From Oscillospiraceae bacterium (lineage in GTDB: Bacteria; Bacillota; Clostridia; Oscillospirales; QAMX01), in NCBI GenBank assembly GCA_015067825.1, contig SVLQ01000008.1, positions 777-64,776 on the forward strand: a DNA stretch of 64,000 bases, read 5' to 3'. This document shows, one piece after another, positions 28,714-39,899 of this stretch. The notes under the pieces are model-generated. The model was not told the DNA's origin and did no database searches. It worked only from the letters and a program-made list of their open reading frames with translations. Within the stretch, counting starts at the first letter, position 1. Each line of letters begins with the position of its first letter. A program made the position numbers and the translations under genes.

Positions 28714-28995
28714 ATGGGTAGAAGCGTAAAGAAGGGGCCGTTCGTTGCTCCTGAACTGTTGAAAAGAATCGTCGCCATGAACGAAACCGGCGACAAAAAA
28801 GTCCTGAAAACCTGGTCGAGAGCCTCGACGATCTTCCCGGATTTCGTTGGCCACACGATCGCTGTCCACGACGGCAGAAAACACGTCCCGGTGTACGTCA
28901 CCGAAGATATGGTCGGCCACAAGCTCGGCGAGTTCGCCCCCACCCGCACGTTCCGCGGCCACGCCGGCTCGAAGACCTCGAACAACGGCAAGTAA
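28714..28995 (+). CDS. rpsS: 30S ribosomal protein S19
   Basis: 93 aa, [10 protein letters not shown]… conserved S19 sequence. Confidence 0.97.
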   Translation: MGRSVKKGPFVAPELLKRIVAMNETGDKKVLKTWSRASTIFPDFVGHTIAVHDGRKHVPVYVTEDMVGHKLGEFAPTRTFRGHAGSKTSNNGK

Positions 28996-29018
28996 TGCGG
29001 AGAAGGAGAAGATAAATC

Positions 29019-29354
29019 ATGGAAGTGAAAGCATATATCAAAGATCTTCGCATGTCCCCGCGTAAGGTCAAGATCGTCTGCGATCAGCTCCGCGGCAAAG
29101 ACGTCGGTGACGCCGTCGCGATCCTGATGACGACCCCGAAGATCGCTGCCGAGCCGCTGCTCAAGCTGGTCAAGAGCGTTGTCGCCAATGCGGAAAACAA
29201 TGCGGAAATGGATGTCGAAAAGCTGTATATCACCCAGTGCTTCGTGACCCCGGGCCCCACGCTGAAACGCGTTCGTCCGATGTCCAAAGGCCGGGCTTAC
29301 CGCATCCTGAAGAGAACTTCTCACGTGACCATCGCGGTCGCCGAAAGAGAATAA
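29019..29354 (+). CDS. rplV: 50S ribosomal protein L22
   Basis: 111 aa, conserved L22 sequence. Confidence 0.97.
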   Translation: MEVKAYIKDLRMSPRKVKIVCDQLRGKDVGDAVAILMTTPKIAAEPLLKLVKSVVANAENNAEMDVEKLYITQCFVTPGPTLKRVRPMSKGRAYRILKRTSHVTIAVAERE

Positions 29355-29375
29355 CGAGGAGGCCAATCAGAGTAT

Positions 29376-30158
29376 ATGGGACAGAAAGTTAATCCGCATG
29401 GTCTGCGTGTCGGCGTTATCAACGACTGGGATTCGCGCTGGTATGCGAAGAACAATGTTTTCGGCGATCTGCTCGTTGAAGACTACAATATCCGTAAATT
29501 CCTCAAAGACGCTCTGTACGATGCAGGCGTTTCGAAGATCGAAATCGAACGTGACCCCGCTAAGGTCCGCGTGACGATCCACTGTGCCCGCCCCGGCTTT
29601 GTCATCGGCAAAGGCGGCGCTGACATCGAAAAATACCGTCTGGCCGTTGAGCAGATGATCGGCAAGTCCGTCGCTCCGCTGAACGTCATCCAGATCAATG
29701 TTCCGGACACCAACGCTCAGCTGGTCGCCGAGAACATCGCCCTCCAGCTCGAAAAGCGCACCTCGTTCCGCCGCGCGATGAAGCAGGCGATGATGCGTGC
29801 GACGAAGAACGGCGCGAAGGGCATCAAGACTGCCGTTTCCGGCCGTCTGGGCGGCGCTGAAATCGCCCGCACCGAGCACTACCACGAAGGCACCATCCCG
29901 CTGCAGACCCTGCGCGCCGACATCGACTACGGCTTCGCCGAAGCGAAGACGACCTACGGCCGCATCGGCGTCAAGGTGTGGATCTACAAGGGCGAAGTCC
30001 TGACGGGCAGCCCGCGTGAACACAGACTCAACGAAGAAAAGAAGGCTGCTGCCGAACGTCAGCGTCCGCAGCGCCGCGACAGAAGAGATCGCCGCGACGG
30101 TGATCGCCGTTCCTTTGGCGACAAGCGTCCGCCGAGAAGAGAAGGAGGCAACCGATAA
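29376..30158 (+). CDS. rpsC: 30S ribosomal protein S3 (with Arg/Asp-rich C-terminal extension)
   Basis: 260 aa. [13 protein letters not shown]… conserved S3 sequence. The last roughly 45 aa are an [13 protein letters not shown]-type tail. Confidence 0.97.
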   Translation: MGQKVNPHGLRVGVINDWDSRWYAKNNVFGDLLVEDYNIRKFLKDALYDAGVSKIEIERDPAKVRVTIHCARPGFVIGKGGADIEKYRLAVEQMIGKSVAPLNVIQINVPDTNAQLVAENIALQLEKRTSFRRAMKQAMMRATKNGAKGIKTAVSGRLGGAEIARTEHYHEGTIPLQTLRADIDYGFAEAKTTYGRIGVKVWIYKGEVLTGSPREHRLNEEKKAAAERQRPQRRDRRDRRDGDRRSFGDKRPPRREGGNR

Positions 30159-30580
30159 TGCTTCTGCCCAAACGTGTGAAATACAGAAGAGTGCACAGAG
30201 GCCGTCTGAAGGGCCGCGCTCTTCGTGGTAACAAAGTGACCTACGGTGATTACGGTCTGGTGGCTCTTGAACCGGCCTGGATCACCAGCAACCAGATCGA
30301 AGCTGCCCGTATCGCCATGACGCGTTACATCAAGCGTGGCGGCCAGGTTTGGATCAAAATTTTCCCGGATAAGCCGATCACCGAGAAGCCGGCAGAAACC
30401 CGAATGGGTTCCGGTAAAGGTTCGCCTGAATACTGGGTGGCAGTCGTGAAACCCGGCCGCGTGATGTTCGAAATCGGCGGCATCGAAGAAAGTGTTGCCA
30501 AAGAAGCGATGCGTCTTGCGGGTCACAAACTGCCGATCAAAACGAAGTTTGTTAAGAAGTGCGAAGGCGGTGAAGCGTAA
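30158..30580 (+). CDS. rplP: 50S ribosomal protein L16
   Basis: 140 aa, TAATG overlap with rpsC, conserved L16 sequence. Confidence 0.97.
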   Translation: MLLPKRVKYRRVHRGRLKGRALRGNKVTYGDYGLVALEPAWITSNQIEAARIAMTRYIKRGGQVWIKIFPDKPITEKPAETRMGSGKGSPEYWVAVVKPGRVMFEIGGIEESVAKEAMRLAGHKLPIKTKFVKKCEGGEA

Positions 30581-30786
30581 TGAAGGCGAAAGACTTTAAG
30601 GGAATGACGGCGAACGAGCTCACGACGAAGATCGCTGAACTCAAAGCAGAACTTTTCAATCTGCGTTTTCAGAACGCGACGAACCAGCTGGGCAATCCGA
30701 TGCGAATCGTTGAAGTGAAAAAAGATATCGCGCGTGCCTCTACCGTGCTCCGCCAAGTGGAACTCAGCGCGCAGTCGCAGCGGTAG
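30580..30786 (+). CDS. rpmC: 50S ribosomal protein L29
   Basis: 68 aa, TAATG overlap with rplP, conserved L29 sequence. Confidence 0.95.
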   Translation: MKAKDFKGMTANELTTKIAELKAELFNLRFQNATNQLGNPMRIVEVKKDIARASTVLRQVELSAQSQR

Positions 30787-30801
30787 TTTAGGAGGATAAG
30801 A

Positions 30802-31065
30802 ATGGCTGAAGAAAAAAGAGCATTCCGTAAAACCAGAGTCGGTAAAGTTATTTCCGACAAAATGGATAAGACCATCGTTGTGGCGGTTCTGGAAACAGTT
30901 GCTCACCCGCTGTACAAGAAGACGGTCAGACGTACCTACAAGCTGAAGGCGCATGACGAAAACAACGAATGCGGCATCGGCGACCGCGTCAAGGTGATGG
31001 AGACCCGCCCGCTGTCGAAAGACAAGAGATGGCGCTTGGTCGAAATCATCGAGAAGGCGAAGTAA
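30802..31065 (+). CDS. rpsQ: 30S ribosomal protein S17
   Basis: 87 aa, conserved S17 sequence. Confidence 0.96.
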   Translation: MAEEKRAFRKTRVGKVISDKMDKTIVVAVLETVAHPLYKKTVRRTYKLKAHDENNECGIGDRVKVMETRPLSKDKRWRLVEIIEKAK

Positions 31066-31080
31066 AGGAGGCAAATCACC

Positions 31081-31449
31081 GTGATTCAGCACGAGACTAT
31101 GCTCAAAGTCGCCGATAACAGCGGCGCCAAAGAGCTGAAGTGTATCCAGGTCCTCGGCGGTTCCGTCAGAAGATACGGCAACATCGGCGACGTCATCGTC
31201 GCTTCTGTCCGCAAGGCTCAGCCGGGCGGCGCCGTTAAGAAGGGTGACGTCGTTCGCGCCGTCATCGTCCGCTCTGCCCGCGGTGTCCGCCGCGCAGACG
31301 GTACCCATATCCGTTTCGACGAAAACGCTGCGGTTATCATCAGAGAAGACAAAAACCCGCGCGGAACCCGTATTTTCGGGCCTGTCGCCAGAGAGCTTCG
31401 CGAAAAAGAATACATGAAGATTCTTTCGCTTGCTCCTGAGGTTCTGTAA
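31081..31449 (+). CDS. rplN: 50S ribosomal protein L14
   Basis: 122 aa with GTG start, [17 protein letters not shown]… conserved L14 sequence. Confidence 0.97.
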   Translation: MIQHETMLKVADNSGAKELKCIQVLGGSVRRYGNIGDVIVASVRKAQPGGAVKKGDVVRAVIVRSARGVRRADGTHIRFDENAAVIIREDKNPRGTRIFGPVARELREKEYMKILSLAPEVL

Positions 31450-31464
31450 GGGGGAGAAGCGATA

Positions 31465-31782
31465 ATGAATACGTTGCATGTGAAAACCGGCGATACCGTT
31501 GAGGTTCTGTCCGGCAAAGAAAAAGGCAAGAGAGGCAAGATCCTCAAGGCCGACCCGCAGAAGGGCCTCGTCATCATCGAAGGCCTGCACATCATGACCA
31601 AGCACCAGAAGGCGCGCAAGCAGGGCGAAGAAAGCAAGATCGTTAAGGTCGAAGGCGCTGTCAAAGCCTGCAAAGTTATCCGCGTTTGCCCCAAGTGCGA
31701 CAAAACCACTCGCCCCGCCCACAAATTTGGCGCAGACGGCAAAAAGCTGACTGTGTGCAAAAAGTGCGGCGCGGAGATATAA
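31465..31782 (+). CDS. rplX: 50S ribosomal protein L24 (with CxxC…CxxC C-terminal segment)
   Basis: 105 aa. KOW-domain N-terminus is conserved. The C-terminus contains CPKC (75-78) and CKKC (98-101). Confidence 0.95.
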   Translation: MNTLHVKTGDTVEVLSGKEKGKRGKILKADPQKGLVIIEGLHIMTKHQKARKQGEESKIVKVEGAVKACKVIRVCPKCDKTTRPAHKFGADGKKLTVCKKCGAEI

Positions 31783-31806
31783 GGGCAAGGAGGCAAATGA
31801 AAGCAT

Positions 31807-32349
31807 ATGCCGAGACTGAAAGATAAGTATTTGAATGAAGTTGCCCCCGCTCTGATGAAGAAATTCGAGTACAAGAGCCCGATGCAGATTCCGAAGATCG
31901 ACAAGATCATCGTGAACATCGGCTGCGGCGAAGCTCGTGAAAACTCCAAGGTCCTGGATTTCGTCTGCTCCGATCTGGCGCAGATCACCGGTCAGAAACC
32001 GGTCATCACCACGGCCAAGAAGTCCGTCGCGAACTTCAAGCTCAGAGAAGGTATGCCGATCGGTGCGAAAGTCACCCTCCGCGCTGCCCGTATGTACGAA
32101 TTTATGGACAGACTGTTCAACGTCGCTCTGCCGAGAGTCCGCGACTTCCGCGGCATCAACGCCAACGCCTTCGACGGCCGCGGCAACTACTCGCTGGGCC
32201 TCAAGGAACAGCTGATCTTCCCCGAGATCAACTTCGACAAGATCGATAAGATCCGCGGTATGAACGTTGTCATCTGCACGACGGCCAATACGGACGAAGA
32301 AGCGAAAGCGCTTCTCGAACTGATGGGCGCTCCGTTCGCGCGCGACTAA
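31807..32349 (+). CDS. rplE: 50S ribosomal protein L5
   Basis: 180 aa, conserved L5 sequence. Confidence 0.97.
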   Translation: MPRLKDKYLNEVAPALMKKFEYKSPMQIPKIDKIIVNIGCGEARENSKVLDFVCSDLAQITGQKPVITTAKKSVANFKLREGMPIGAKVTLRAARMYEFMDRLFNVALPRVRDFRGINANAFDGRGNYSLGLKEQLIFPEINFDKIDKIRGMNVVICTTANTDEEAKALLELMGAPFARD

Positions 32350-32367
32350 AGAGGGGAGACAATAGCT

Positions 32368-32553
32368 ATGGCTAAGAAATCTATGATTCTCAAACAGCAG
32401 AGAGAGCCGAAATTCTCGACTCGTGCTATGAACAGATGCAAGATCTGCGGCAGACCGCACGCTTATCTCCGTGACTACGGCATCTGTCGTATCTGCTTCC
32501 GCGAGCTTGCGTACAAGGGCCAGATCCCCGGTGTCCGCAAGGCGAGCTGGTAA
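32368..32553 (+). CDS. rpsN: 30S ribosomal protein S14 type Z (zinc-binding form)
   Basis: 61 aa with CKICGRPH…CRIC, a Cys4 short-form S14. Confidence 0.96.
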   Translation: MAKKSMILKQQREPKFSTRAMNRCKICGRPHAYLRDYGICRICFRELAYKGQIPGVRKASW

Positions 32554-32573
32554 ATTGTAAGGAGGTAGCGACA

Positions 32574-32972
32574 ATGCATATTACAGATCCTATCGCCGAT
32601 ATGCTGACGAGAATTCGCAACGCGAGCTCTTATCACCACGAATCGGTCGATATTCCGGCTTCCAATGCCAAAAAGACCATTGCTGAGATCCTGCTCAGCG
32701 AAGGATATATCAAAAACCTCCAGTTCATCGACGACGGCTCGCAGGGCATCATCCGCGTTACGCTGAAATACGGTCAGAACAAGGAATCGGCCATCACCGG
32801 TCTCCGCCGTGTTTCCAAACCGGGTCTGCGCGTTTACGCCGGCGTTGAAGATATGCCGAAGGTTCTGAAGGGTCTTGGCATCGCCATCGTTTCCACTTCC
32901 AAGGGCATCATGACCGACAAGAAGGCTCGCAGCCTGCACGTCGGCGGCGAAGTCCTCGCGTTTGTCTGGTAA
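32574..32972 (+). CDS. rpsH: 30S ribosomal protein S8
   Basis: 132 aa, conserved S8 sequence. Confidence 0.97.
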   Translation: MHITDPIADMLTRIRNASSYHHESVDIPASNAKKTIAEILLSEGYIKNLQFIDDGSQGIIRVTLKYGQNKESAITGLRRVSKPGLRVYAGVEDMPKVLKGLGIAIVSTSKGIMTDKKARSLHVGGEVLAFVW

Positions 32973-32987
32973 GGGAGGATACAGGAA

Positions 32988-33536
32988 ATGTCAAGAATTG
33001 GTAAGCAGCCCATTGCTCTGCCCGCCGGTGTTACCGTCACCGTCGGCGCGGACAACCTCGTCACCGTTAAAGGTGCGAAGTTCACGCTTTCGCGCAAGAT
33101 CGCCTCTTGCATCGAAGTCGAAGTGAACGAAAACGTTATCAACGTCAAAGCCAAGGACGACACCAAAGAAACCAACGCGATGCACGGCCTTTCGCGCACG
33201 CTGGTTGCCAACATGATCACTGGTGTTACCACCGGCTACAAGAAAGAACTGGAAATCAACGGTGTCGGTTACCGTGCCGCTAAGCAGGGCAATCAGCTCG
33301 TGCTGAACGTCGGTTTCTCGCACCAGGTTTGCATCGACGAACACGATGAACTCACCATCGAAGTTCCGGCTCCCAACAAGATTGTTGTCTCCGGTCCGGA
33401 TAAGCAGGCTGTCGGTCAGCTGGCCTCTGAGATCCGCGAAGTTCGTCCGCCCGAACCGTATCTGGGCAAGGGCATCAAATATGTTGACGAGGTCATTCGC
33501 CGTAAAGAGGGCAAGACCGCGGCTAAGAAGAAGTAA
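32988..33536 (+). CDS. rplF: 50S ribosomal protein L6
   Basis: 182 aa, MSRIGKQPI… conserved L6 sequence. Confidence 0.97.
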   Translation: MSRIGKQPIALPAGVTVTVGADNLVTVKGAKFTLSRKIASCIEVEVNENVINVKAKDDTKETNAMHGLSRTLVANMITGVTTGYKKELEINGVGYRAAKQGNQLVLNVGFSHQVCIDEHDELTIEVPAPNKIVVSGPDKQAVGQLASEIREVRPPEPYLGKGIKYVDEVIRRKEGKTAAKKK

Positions 33537-33553
33537 TCGGGGGGTTCATCAGA

Positions 33554-33913
33554 ATGGTTTCCAAGATGGATAAAAATATCCAGCGTCTGAAAAGACACCG
33601 CAGAGTCCGCGGAAAGATCTCCGGGACGGCTGAACGCCCGCGCCTGAACGTGTACAGAAGCACGAACCACATCTATGCTCAGATTATCGACGATACGACG
33701 GGCAAGACGCTTGTTTCCGCTTCGTCCACCGAAAAAGATTTCGGTATGACCGGCGGCAATAAAGAAGCTGCCCGCAAGGTCGGCAAGCTGGTCGGTGAGC
33801 GCGCGAAGGCCGCCGGTATCGACGCGATCGTTTTCGACCGCGGCGGTTACCTGTATCACGGCCGTGTGCAGGAGCTTGCTGAAGGTGCTCGCGAGAGCGG
33901 CCTTGAGTTTTAA
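33554..33913 (+). CDS. rplR: 50S ribosomal protein L18
   Basis: 119 aa, conserved L18 sequence. The start could alternatively be the internal Met at 33566. Confidence 0.93.
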   Translation: MVSKMDKNIQRLKRHRRVRGKISGTAERPRLNVYRSTNHIYAQIIDDTTGKTLVSASSTEKDFGMTGGNKEAARKVGKLVGERAKAAGIDAIVFDRGGYLYHGRVQELAEGARESGLEF

Positions 33914-33928
33914 CGGGAGGATAATCAA

Positions 33929-34432
33929 ATGCCTTTGAAAATTGACACCTCTAATCTGGAGCTTCAAGAACGCTTGGTTGGCATGCGCCGCGTTTCCAAA
34001 ACGGTCAAGGGCGGCCGTGTTATGAAGTGGAGCGCGCTGGTCGTCGTCGGCGACGGCAACGGCATGGTCGGCTACGGCATCGGCAAAGCGAGTGAAACTC
34101 CGGACGCGATCCGCAAAGCGATCGCTGACGCGAAGAAAAATCTCTTCAAAGTTTCGACCCTCGGCACCACGATCCCGCACGAAATCATCGGTAAATACGG
34201 CGCGGCCACGGTTCTTCTGAAACCGGCCCCCGAAGGTACCGGTGTTATCGCCGGCGGTCCGGTCCGTCAGGTCATGGAAGCGGCGGGCATCCGCGACATC
34301 CGTACGAAGTCGCTCCGCTCGAACAATCCGCAGAACGTGGTCACCGCTACGATCGAAGGTCTGAAAGCGCTCCGCTGCGCCGAAGACGTCGCCCGTACCC
34401 GCGGCAAGACCGTTGACGAAATTCAGGGTTAA
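33929..34432 (+). CDS. rpsE: 30S ribosomal protein S5
   Basis: 167 aa, conserved S5 sequence. Confidence 0.97.
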   Translation: MPLKIDTSNLELQERLVGMRRVSKTVKGGRVMKWSALVVVGDGNGMVGYGIGKASETPDAIRKAIADAKKNLFKVSTLGTTIPHEIIGKYGAATVLLKPAPEGTGVIAGGPVRQVMEAAGIRDIRTKSLRSNNPQNVVTATIEGLKALRCAEDVARTRGKTVDEIQG

Positions 34433-34444
34433 GGAGGCGAGCAC

Positions 34445-34621
34445 ATGTCTATCAAGGTTACGCTGGTCAAGAGCCTGAACGGCAGAAATGACAAGCACAT
34501 TGCTACCGCACATTCGCTCGGTCTCCGCAAGATCGACGATTCCACCATTCAGCCTGACAACGCAGCGACTCAGGGCAAGGTTGCCCAGATCAGCTACCTC
34601 GTCAAGGTTGAAAATGTCTAA
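34445..34621 (+). CDS. rpmD: 50S ribosomal protein L30
   Basis: Not in the ORF track (58 aa). Hand translation gives [63 protein letters not shown] lies upstream, and the position between rpsE and rplO is canonical. Confidence 0.9.
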   Translation: MSIKVTLVKSLNGRNDKHIATAHSLGLRKIDDSTIQPDNAATQGKVAQISYLVKVENV

Positions 34622-34638
34622 GCAGGAGGTACAGGAGA

Positions 34639-35079
34639 ATGAAATTGCATGATTTGTCTCCGGCCGCCGGTTCCGTCAAGGAAGCGAACAGAAAAGGCCG
34701 CGGCATCGGTTCCGGCAACGGTAAGACCGCCGGCAGAGGCCATAAGGGCCAGTGGGCTCGCTCCGGTGGCGGCGTCCGTCCCGGTTTTGAAGGCGGCCAG
34801 ATGCCGCTGCACCTCCGTCTGCCCAAGCGCGGCTTCACCAACATTTTCGCGACTCGCTATGCGATCGTCAATGTTGCCGATCTGAACCGCTTTGAAGACG
34901 ACGCAGTCGTCGGCATCGAAGAACTCTGCGCCTCCGGTCTCGTCAAAAAGACCTTCGACGGCATCAAAGTTCTCGGCAACGGCGAACTGACGAAGAAGCT
35001 CACGGTCAAGGCCAACGCCTTCTCCGAAGCTGCCAAAGAAAAGATCCTCGCCAAAGGCGGAAACGTCGAGGTGATTTAA
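34639..35079 (+). CDS. rplO: 50S ribosomal protein L15
   Basis: 146 aa, conserved L15 sequence. Confidence 0.97.
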   Translation: MKLHDLSPAAGSVKEANRKGRGIGSGNGKTAGRGHKGQWARSGGGVRPGFEGGQMPLHLRLPKRGFTNIFATRYAIVNVADLNRFEDDAVVGIEELCASGLVKKTFDGIKVLGNGELTKKLTVKANAFSEAAKEKILAKGGNVEVI

Positions 35080-35080
35080 G

Positions 35081-36412
35081 ATGCTCAAGACGATCATCAA
35101 CGCGTGGAAAATCGCTGATCTCCGCAAGAAGATCCTGTTTACCGTGATGATTCTGGTTATCTACCGTCTGGGCAACGCGATCCCGATCCCGTTCATCAAC
35201 TCGGATGCGCTGGCTGCCATGTTCTCCGCGCAGGGCGAAAACGCCTTCTACGGTTACCTGAACATGCTGACCGGTGGTTCGTTTACGATGGCGACCATCT
35301 TTGCTCTTTCCATTTCCCCGTACATCACCGCGTCGATCATCGTCCAGCTCTTGACGATGGCGATCCCGGCGCTGGAACGCATGGTGAAGGAAGGCGGCGA
35401 AGAAGGCCGTAAGAAGCAGGCCATGATCACCCGTTATTCTACGGTCGGTCTCGGTCTCCTCGAAGGCTTTGTCTACTACATCACCCTTCTCAGAAATACG
35501 ATGTCGGATGGCACTTCGATTCTGAAAACGGGCGTGTTCACGTCGAACGCCTCGGTTGATAAGGTGCTCGTCGCAATCGTCATCATCCTGACCTTTACCG
35601 CCGGTACGGCGCTGGTCATGTGGCTTGGCGAGCAGATCACCAACAAGGGCATCGGCAACGGCATCTCCATGATCCTCTTTGCCGGTATCCTTTCCCGCCT
35701 TCCGGTCTTTGCGGCGTCGATCATCGACATGATCCGCAACAACTGGAAATCGCTGTTCGTGCTGATCCCGCTGGCCGTCGTCGCTCTCGCGATCGTCGGT
35801 GTCGTCGTGTGGGTCACCAACGCCGAACGCAGACTCCAGGTCCAGTACGCCAAGCGCGTCATCGGCAAAAAGGTCTACGGCGGCCAGTCGAGCTACATTC
35901 CGCTGAAGGTCAACATGACCGGCGTTATGCCGATCATCTTCGCCTCGAGCATTGTCAGCCTCCCGGCCATGATCGCCTCCTTCTTCCCGGCCCCGACGAG
36001 CGGCTTCTGGTACTACTTCCTCAAATTCACGCAGGCACCGAGCCCTGTGTATATCATCCTCTATTTCCTGCTCATCATCGCGTTCAGCTTCTTCTATGCC
36101 TACGCCTCCTTCAATCCGATTGAAATGGCGAACAACATGAAGAACAACGGCGGCTTCATTCCGGGCCTTCGTCCGGGCCGTCCGACGGCCGATTACATCA
36201 GCCGCGTGATGAAGAACGTCACCGTTATCGGTGCTCTGTTCCTGGCGTTCATCGCCATCCTGCCGATCATCGTCAGCGCCTTCAGCGACAGTCTGGGCAG
36301 CCTGACCCTCGGCGGTACGACGATCCTGATCGTCGTCGGCGTCGCGCTGGAAACCGTGCAGCAGATGGAAGCTCAGATGGTCATGCGCCACTACAAGGGC
36401 TTCCTCGAATAA
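35081..36412 (+). CDS. secY: preprotein translocase subunit SecY
   Basis: 443 aa with 10 TM helices, conserved SecY sequence and operon position. Confidence 0.97.
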   Translation: MLKTIINAWKIADLRKKILFTVMILVIYRLGNAIPIPFINSDALAAMFSAQGENAFYGYLNMLTGGSFTMATIFALSISPYITASIIVQLLTMAIPALERMVKEGGEEGRKKQAMITRYSTVGLGLLEGFVYYITLLRNTMSDGTSILKTGVFTSNASVDKVLVAIVIILTFTAGTALVMWLGEQITNKGIGNGISMILFAGILSRLPVFAASIIDMIRNNWKSLFVLIPLAVVALAIVGVVVWVTNAERRLQVQYAKRVIGKKVYGGQSSYIPLKVNMTGVMPIIFASSIVSLPAMIASFFPAPTSGFWYYFLKFTQAPSPVYIILYFLLIIAFSFFYAYASFNPIEMANNMKNNGGFIPGLRPGRPTADYISRVMKNVTVIGALFLAFIAILPIIVSAFSDSLGSLTLGGTTILIVVGVALETVQQMEAQMVMRHYKGFLE

Positions 36413-36430
36413 GCTGCGGAGGATACGAGC

Positions 36431-37060
36431 ATGAAACTGATTTTATTTGGAGCCCCGGGTGCGGGTAAGGGAACACAGGCTTCCGCTATTAACGAAGCTC
36501 TGAAGATCCCGACGATCTCCACCGGCAACATCATCCGTGAGGCCATCTCGAAGGGAACCGAAGCGGGTCTGCAGGCCAAACAGTACACCGAAAAGGGCGC
36601 TTTGGTGCCCGATGAAGTGGTTGTGAAAATGCTTTCGGACCGCATTTCCCGCGATGACTGCGCCAACGGTTACGTTTTGGATGGTTTCCCGCGTACGATC
36701 CCCCAGGCCGAGGCACTCGACGCCATGGGCATTACGATCGACACGGTGCTTTCGCTGGAAGTCGATGACTCCGCGATCGAGGAACGCATGTCCGGCAGAC
36801 GCGTCTGCCCGTGCGGTGAATCCTACCACCTGAAATTCAACCCTCCCGCCAAAGAGGGTGTTTGCGACAAATGCGGCGCGGCGCTGGTGCAGCGCGTGGA
36901 CGACAAGGCGGAAACGGTTCGTGAACGCCTGCGCGTCTACCACGAACTGACCGAGCCCGTCAAGGCGTTCTATGAAAAACGCGGCAAACTCGTTTGCGTC
37001 GACGGCAATCAGTCGGTCGAAGCGACGACGCAGCTGATCTTCAAGGCGCTTGGGTTGTAA
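36431..37060 (+). CDS. adk: adenylate kinase
   Basis: 209 aa. P-loop GAPGAGKGTQ, and a Cys-containing zinc lid (CPCG…CDKCG). Confidence 0.97.
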   Translation: MKLILFGAPGAGKGTQASAINEALKIPTISTGNIIREAISKGTEAGLQAKQYTEKGALVPDEVVVKMLSDRISRDDCANGYVLDGFPRTIPQAEALDAMGITIDTVLSLEVDDSAIEERMSGRRVCPCGESYHLKFNPPAKEGVCDKCGAALVQRVDDKAETVRERLRVYHELTEPVKAFYEKRGKLVCVDGNQSVEATTQLIFKALGL

Positions 37061-37063
37061 GAT

Positions 37064-37828
37064 ATGGCAATCAGCATTAAGTCCAAAGAAGCTATCGAAT
37101 TAATGCGTCAGGCTGGCCGCGCGGCCTCCGCAGCCCGAGAGGCTGCGGGTGCCGCCGTGGCGGTCGGCGTAACGACCGCAGAGATCGACGCGGTCGTCCG
37201 CGACACACTGAAACAATATGATGCAGAGCCGAGCTTCCTGAATCACCATGGCTATCCGGCTGCGGTGTGTGTATCGATCAATGAAGAAGTGATACACGGC
37301 ATTCCCAGTAAAAAACGCGTGATCCGTGCAGGCGATCTGGTCAAGATCGACGTCGGTGCCAGAATTCATGGCTACAACGGCGACACGGCAATGACGGTTT
37401 TTGCAGGGGAGATCCCGGAATCCGTGCAGAAGCTGGTGGACGTTACGCGGCAGAGCTTTTTCGAAGGCCTGCAGTGCTGTGTTCCCGGCAAGCGGATCTC
37501 CGATATCTCGCGCGCAGTGCAGACGTATGCGGAGGCAAATGGCTTTTCCGTCGTCAGAGCGTTTACGGGACATGGTATCGGCACGGGACTCTGGGAAGAC
37601 CCGAGCGTTCCGAACTATGTTGAGAAACGCGGCGGAAGCGATTATTCCAATCCGCGGCTCGTGTCTGGCATGACCATTTGCATCGAACCCATGCTTAACA
37701 TGGGCACGCACTCGGTCAAGACGCTGGGAGACAAATGGACCGTTGTGACGATCGATAAGAAACTGAGCGCTCATTACGAGCATACGGTGCTGATCACAAA
37801 CGGTGAACCGGAATTACTCACGAAGTAA
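37064..37828 (+). CDS. map: type I methionine aminopeptidase
   Basis: 254 aa, conserved MetAP-I metal-ligand regions, position after adk. Confidence 0.95.
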   Translation: MAISIKSKEAIELMRQAGRAASAAREAAGAAVAVGVTTAEIDAVVRDTLKQYDAEPSFLNHHGYPAAVCVSINEEVIHGIPSKKRVIRAGDLVKIDVGARIHGYNGDTAMTVFAGEIPESVQKLVDVTRQSFFEGLQCCVPGKRISDISRAVQTYAEANGFSVVRAFTGHGIGTGLWEDPSVPNYVEKRGGSDYSNPRLVSGMTICIEPMLNMGTHSVKTLGDKWTVVTIDKKLSAHYEHTVLITNGEPELLTK

Positions 37829-37881
37829 CCGGTCGGAAGATCAACAACTACGGATAGATTGAACGGAGGCTGAGACAGCTT

Positions 37882-38100
37882 ATGGCGAAAGATGACGTTA
37901 TTGAGCTTGAAGGCGTTGTTTCAGAGGCTTTGCCGAACGCGATGTTCCAGGTTGAGCTGCAGAACGGCCACAAGATACTCGCTCATATTTCCGGCAAGCT
38001 GCGCATGAACTACATCAAGATCCTTCCCGGTGATAAGGTCACGGTTGAGATGTCGCCGTACGACCTGACGAAGGGCCGGATCACGTGGCGTACGAAATAA
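37882..38100 (+). CDS. infA: translation initiation factor IF-1
   Basis: 72 aa, [11 protein letters not shown]… conserved IF-1 S1-fold sequence. Confidence 0.97.
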   Translation: MAKDDVIELEGVVSEALPNAMFQVELQNGHKILAHISGKLRMNYIKILPGDKVTVEMSPYDLTKGRITWRTK

Positions 38101-38181
38101 GAGCGCTGCAAAAATGAGCACGCAGTTAGGCGCGCTCGAAGTTGAGTATGGCCGGGCATACCGGCAAAAGGAGCAAAGAAT

Positions 38182-38298
38182 ATGAAAGTTAGACCTTCGG
38201 TCAGACCCATGTGTGACAAGTGTAAAGTTATCAAACGCAAGGGCAAAGTCATGGTGATTTGCCCCAATGACCCGAAACATAAACAAAAACAGGGCTAA
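38182..38298 (+). CDS. rpmJ: 50S ribosomal protein L36
   Basis: Not in the ORF track (38 aa). Hand translation gives [45 protein letters not shown] lies upstream. Confidence 0.92.
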   Translation: MKVRPSVRPMCDKCKVIKRKGKVMVICPNDPKHKQKQG

Positions 38299-38319
38299 TA
38301 ATAGGAGGTGCGTTTTTAA

Positions 38320-38688
38320 ATGGCACGTATAGCCGGCGTTGACCTGCCGAGAGAAAAACGAGTCGAGATCGGTCTTACCTACATCTACGGCATCGGCAGA
38401 AAACTGTCCAATGACATTCTGAAAGCCACCGGTATCAATCCTGACACCCGCGTCAAGGATCTGACCGATGATGAAATTTCCAAACTTCGTGAAGAGATCG
38501 ACAGAGACTACCGCGTTGAAGGTGACCTCCGTCGTGACGTCGCGCTTGATATCAAACGCCTGATCGAAATCGGCAGCTACCGTGGCCAGCGCCACAGAAG
38601 AGGCCTTCCGGTTCGCGGTCAGCGTTCGAAGACCAATGCCCGTACGCGCAAGGGTCCGAGAAAGACCATTGCTAACAAGAAGCAGTAA
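38320..38688 (+). CDS. rpsM: 30S ribosomal protein S13
   Basis: 122 aa, [10 protein letters not shown]… conserved S13 sequence. Confidence 0.97.
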   Translation: MARIAGVDLPREKRVEIGLTYIYGIGRKLSNDILKATGINPDTRVKDLTDDEISKLREEIDRDYRVEGDLRRDVALDIKRLIEIGSYRGQRHRRGLPVRGQRSKTNARTRKGPRKTIANKKQ

Positions 38689-38706
38689 TAGGAGGTAATC
38701 CCCAAA

Positions 38707-39111
38707 ATGGCGAAAGTACAGGCTAAGAAGGGTGCAACTGTCCGCAGACGCCGCGAGAGAAAGAATATCGAAAAAGGCTCCGCGCACATCCGCTCCTCCT
38801 TTAACAACACGATTGTTACCATCACCGATCTGAACGGCAACGCAGTCGCGTGGGCCTCGGCGGGCGGTCTCGGCTTCAAGGGTTCGAGAAAGAGCACGCC
38901 GTTTGCCGCGCAGTCTGCCGCGGAAACCGCAGCCAAAGCCGCCATGGAACATGGCATGAAGACGATCGAAGTGTACGTCAAGGGCCCGGGCCCCGGCCGT
39001 GAAGCCGCGATCCGCTCCCTGCAGGCCGCCGGCCTCGAGATCTGCATGATCAAAGACGTCACCCCGATCCCGCACAACGGCTGCCGTCCGCCGAAGAGAC
39101 GTCGCGTTTAA
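38707..39111 (+). CDS. rpsK: 30S ribosomal protein S11
   Basis: 134 aa, conserved S11 sequence. Confidence 0.97.
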   Translation: MAKVQAKKGATVRRRRERKNIEKGSAHIRSSFNNTIVTITDLNGNAVAWASAGGLGFKGSRKSTPFAAQSAAETAAKAAMEHGMKTIEVYVKGPGPGREAAIRSLQAAGLEICMIKDVTPIPHNGCRPPKRRRV

Positions 39112-39135
39112 GGCAGAGAAGGAGGAACAACTACC

Positions 39136-39744
39136 ATGGCAAAGAATACACAGCCCATTGTCAAACGCTGCAAAGCGCTGGACATTTCTCCTGCATTCAT
39201 GGGTTACTCGGGCAAGACCAAGATGGATACCATCCGTAACCCCAAGGGTCAGATGCGCCGCAAGCAGAGCGAGTACGCCCTGCAGCTGAAAGAAAAGCAG
39301 AAGGTTAAGTTTGTCTACGGCGTGCTGGAAAAGCAGTTCCGTATGTACTACGAAAAGGCCGTTAAGGCGCCTGGCATCACCGGTGAAAACCTGCTCTCCA
39401 TCCTCGAAACGAGACTCGACAACGTCGTGTATCGTATGGGTTGGGCGAAAACCAGAAAAGAAGCTCGTCAGCTTGTTAACCACGCGCACTTCACCGTCAA
39501 CGGCAAGAAGGTCAACATTCCTTCCTACCGCGTGAAGGTCGGCGACGTTGTCGCCCTGCGTGAAAAGAGCAGAGGCTATGAAAAGTTCAAGGATATGGTC
39601 GAGGTCGTCACCGGCGCTACCTATCCGAAGTGGCTTGAAAAAGACGTGGCAAACTTCGCGGCAAAGGTCATCGCCATGCCGGACCGCGCAGACATCGATC
39701 TGCCGGTTGAAGAACACCTGATCGTCGAGTTGTATTCGAAGTAA
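39136..39744 (+). CDS. rpsD: 30S ribosomal protein S4
   Basis: 202 aa, conserved S4 sequence. Confidence 0.97.
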   Translation: MAKNTQPIVKRCKALDISPAFMGYSGKTKMDTIRNPKGQMRRKQSEYALQLKEKQKVKFVYGVLEKQFRMYYEKAVKAPGITGENLLSILETRLDNVVYRMGWAKTRKEARQLVNHAHFTVNGKKVNIPSYRVKVGDVVALREKSRGYEKFKDMVEVVTGATYPKWLEKDVANFAAKVIAMPDRADIDLPVEEHLIVELYSK

Positions 39745-39899
39745 GCTGAGTATGGCGGCAGCTGCGAATGCAGCTGCCCGCCAACTCCGGAAATTTTTCT
39801 GGAGGACAAAGCGGATTTGGATACGGCGTTCAAACCGGCCCTCAAAGTTGGCACACACATCATTCGCCGGGGTTTCCCGGCAGTAAGTGGAGGGTAACT

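Noticed and set aside
30523-32574. 683-aa minus-strand ORF across the ribosomal protein operon (similar cases at 37921-39858, 35006-36391, 27838-28962 and 33416-34513)
   Set aside because: These lie antisense to unmistakable, highly conserved ribosomal protein, secY and rpoA genes. Their translations have no recognisable domains and show a skewed composition.
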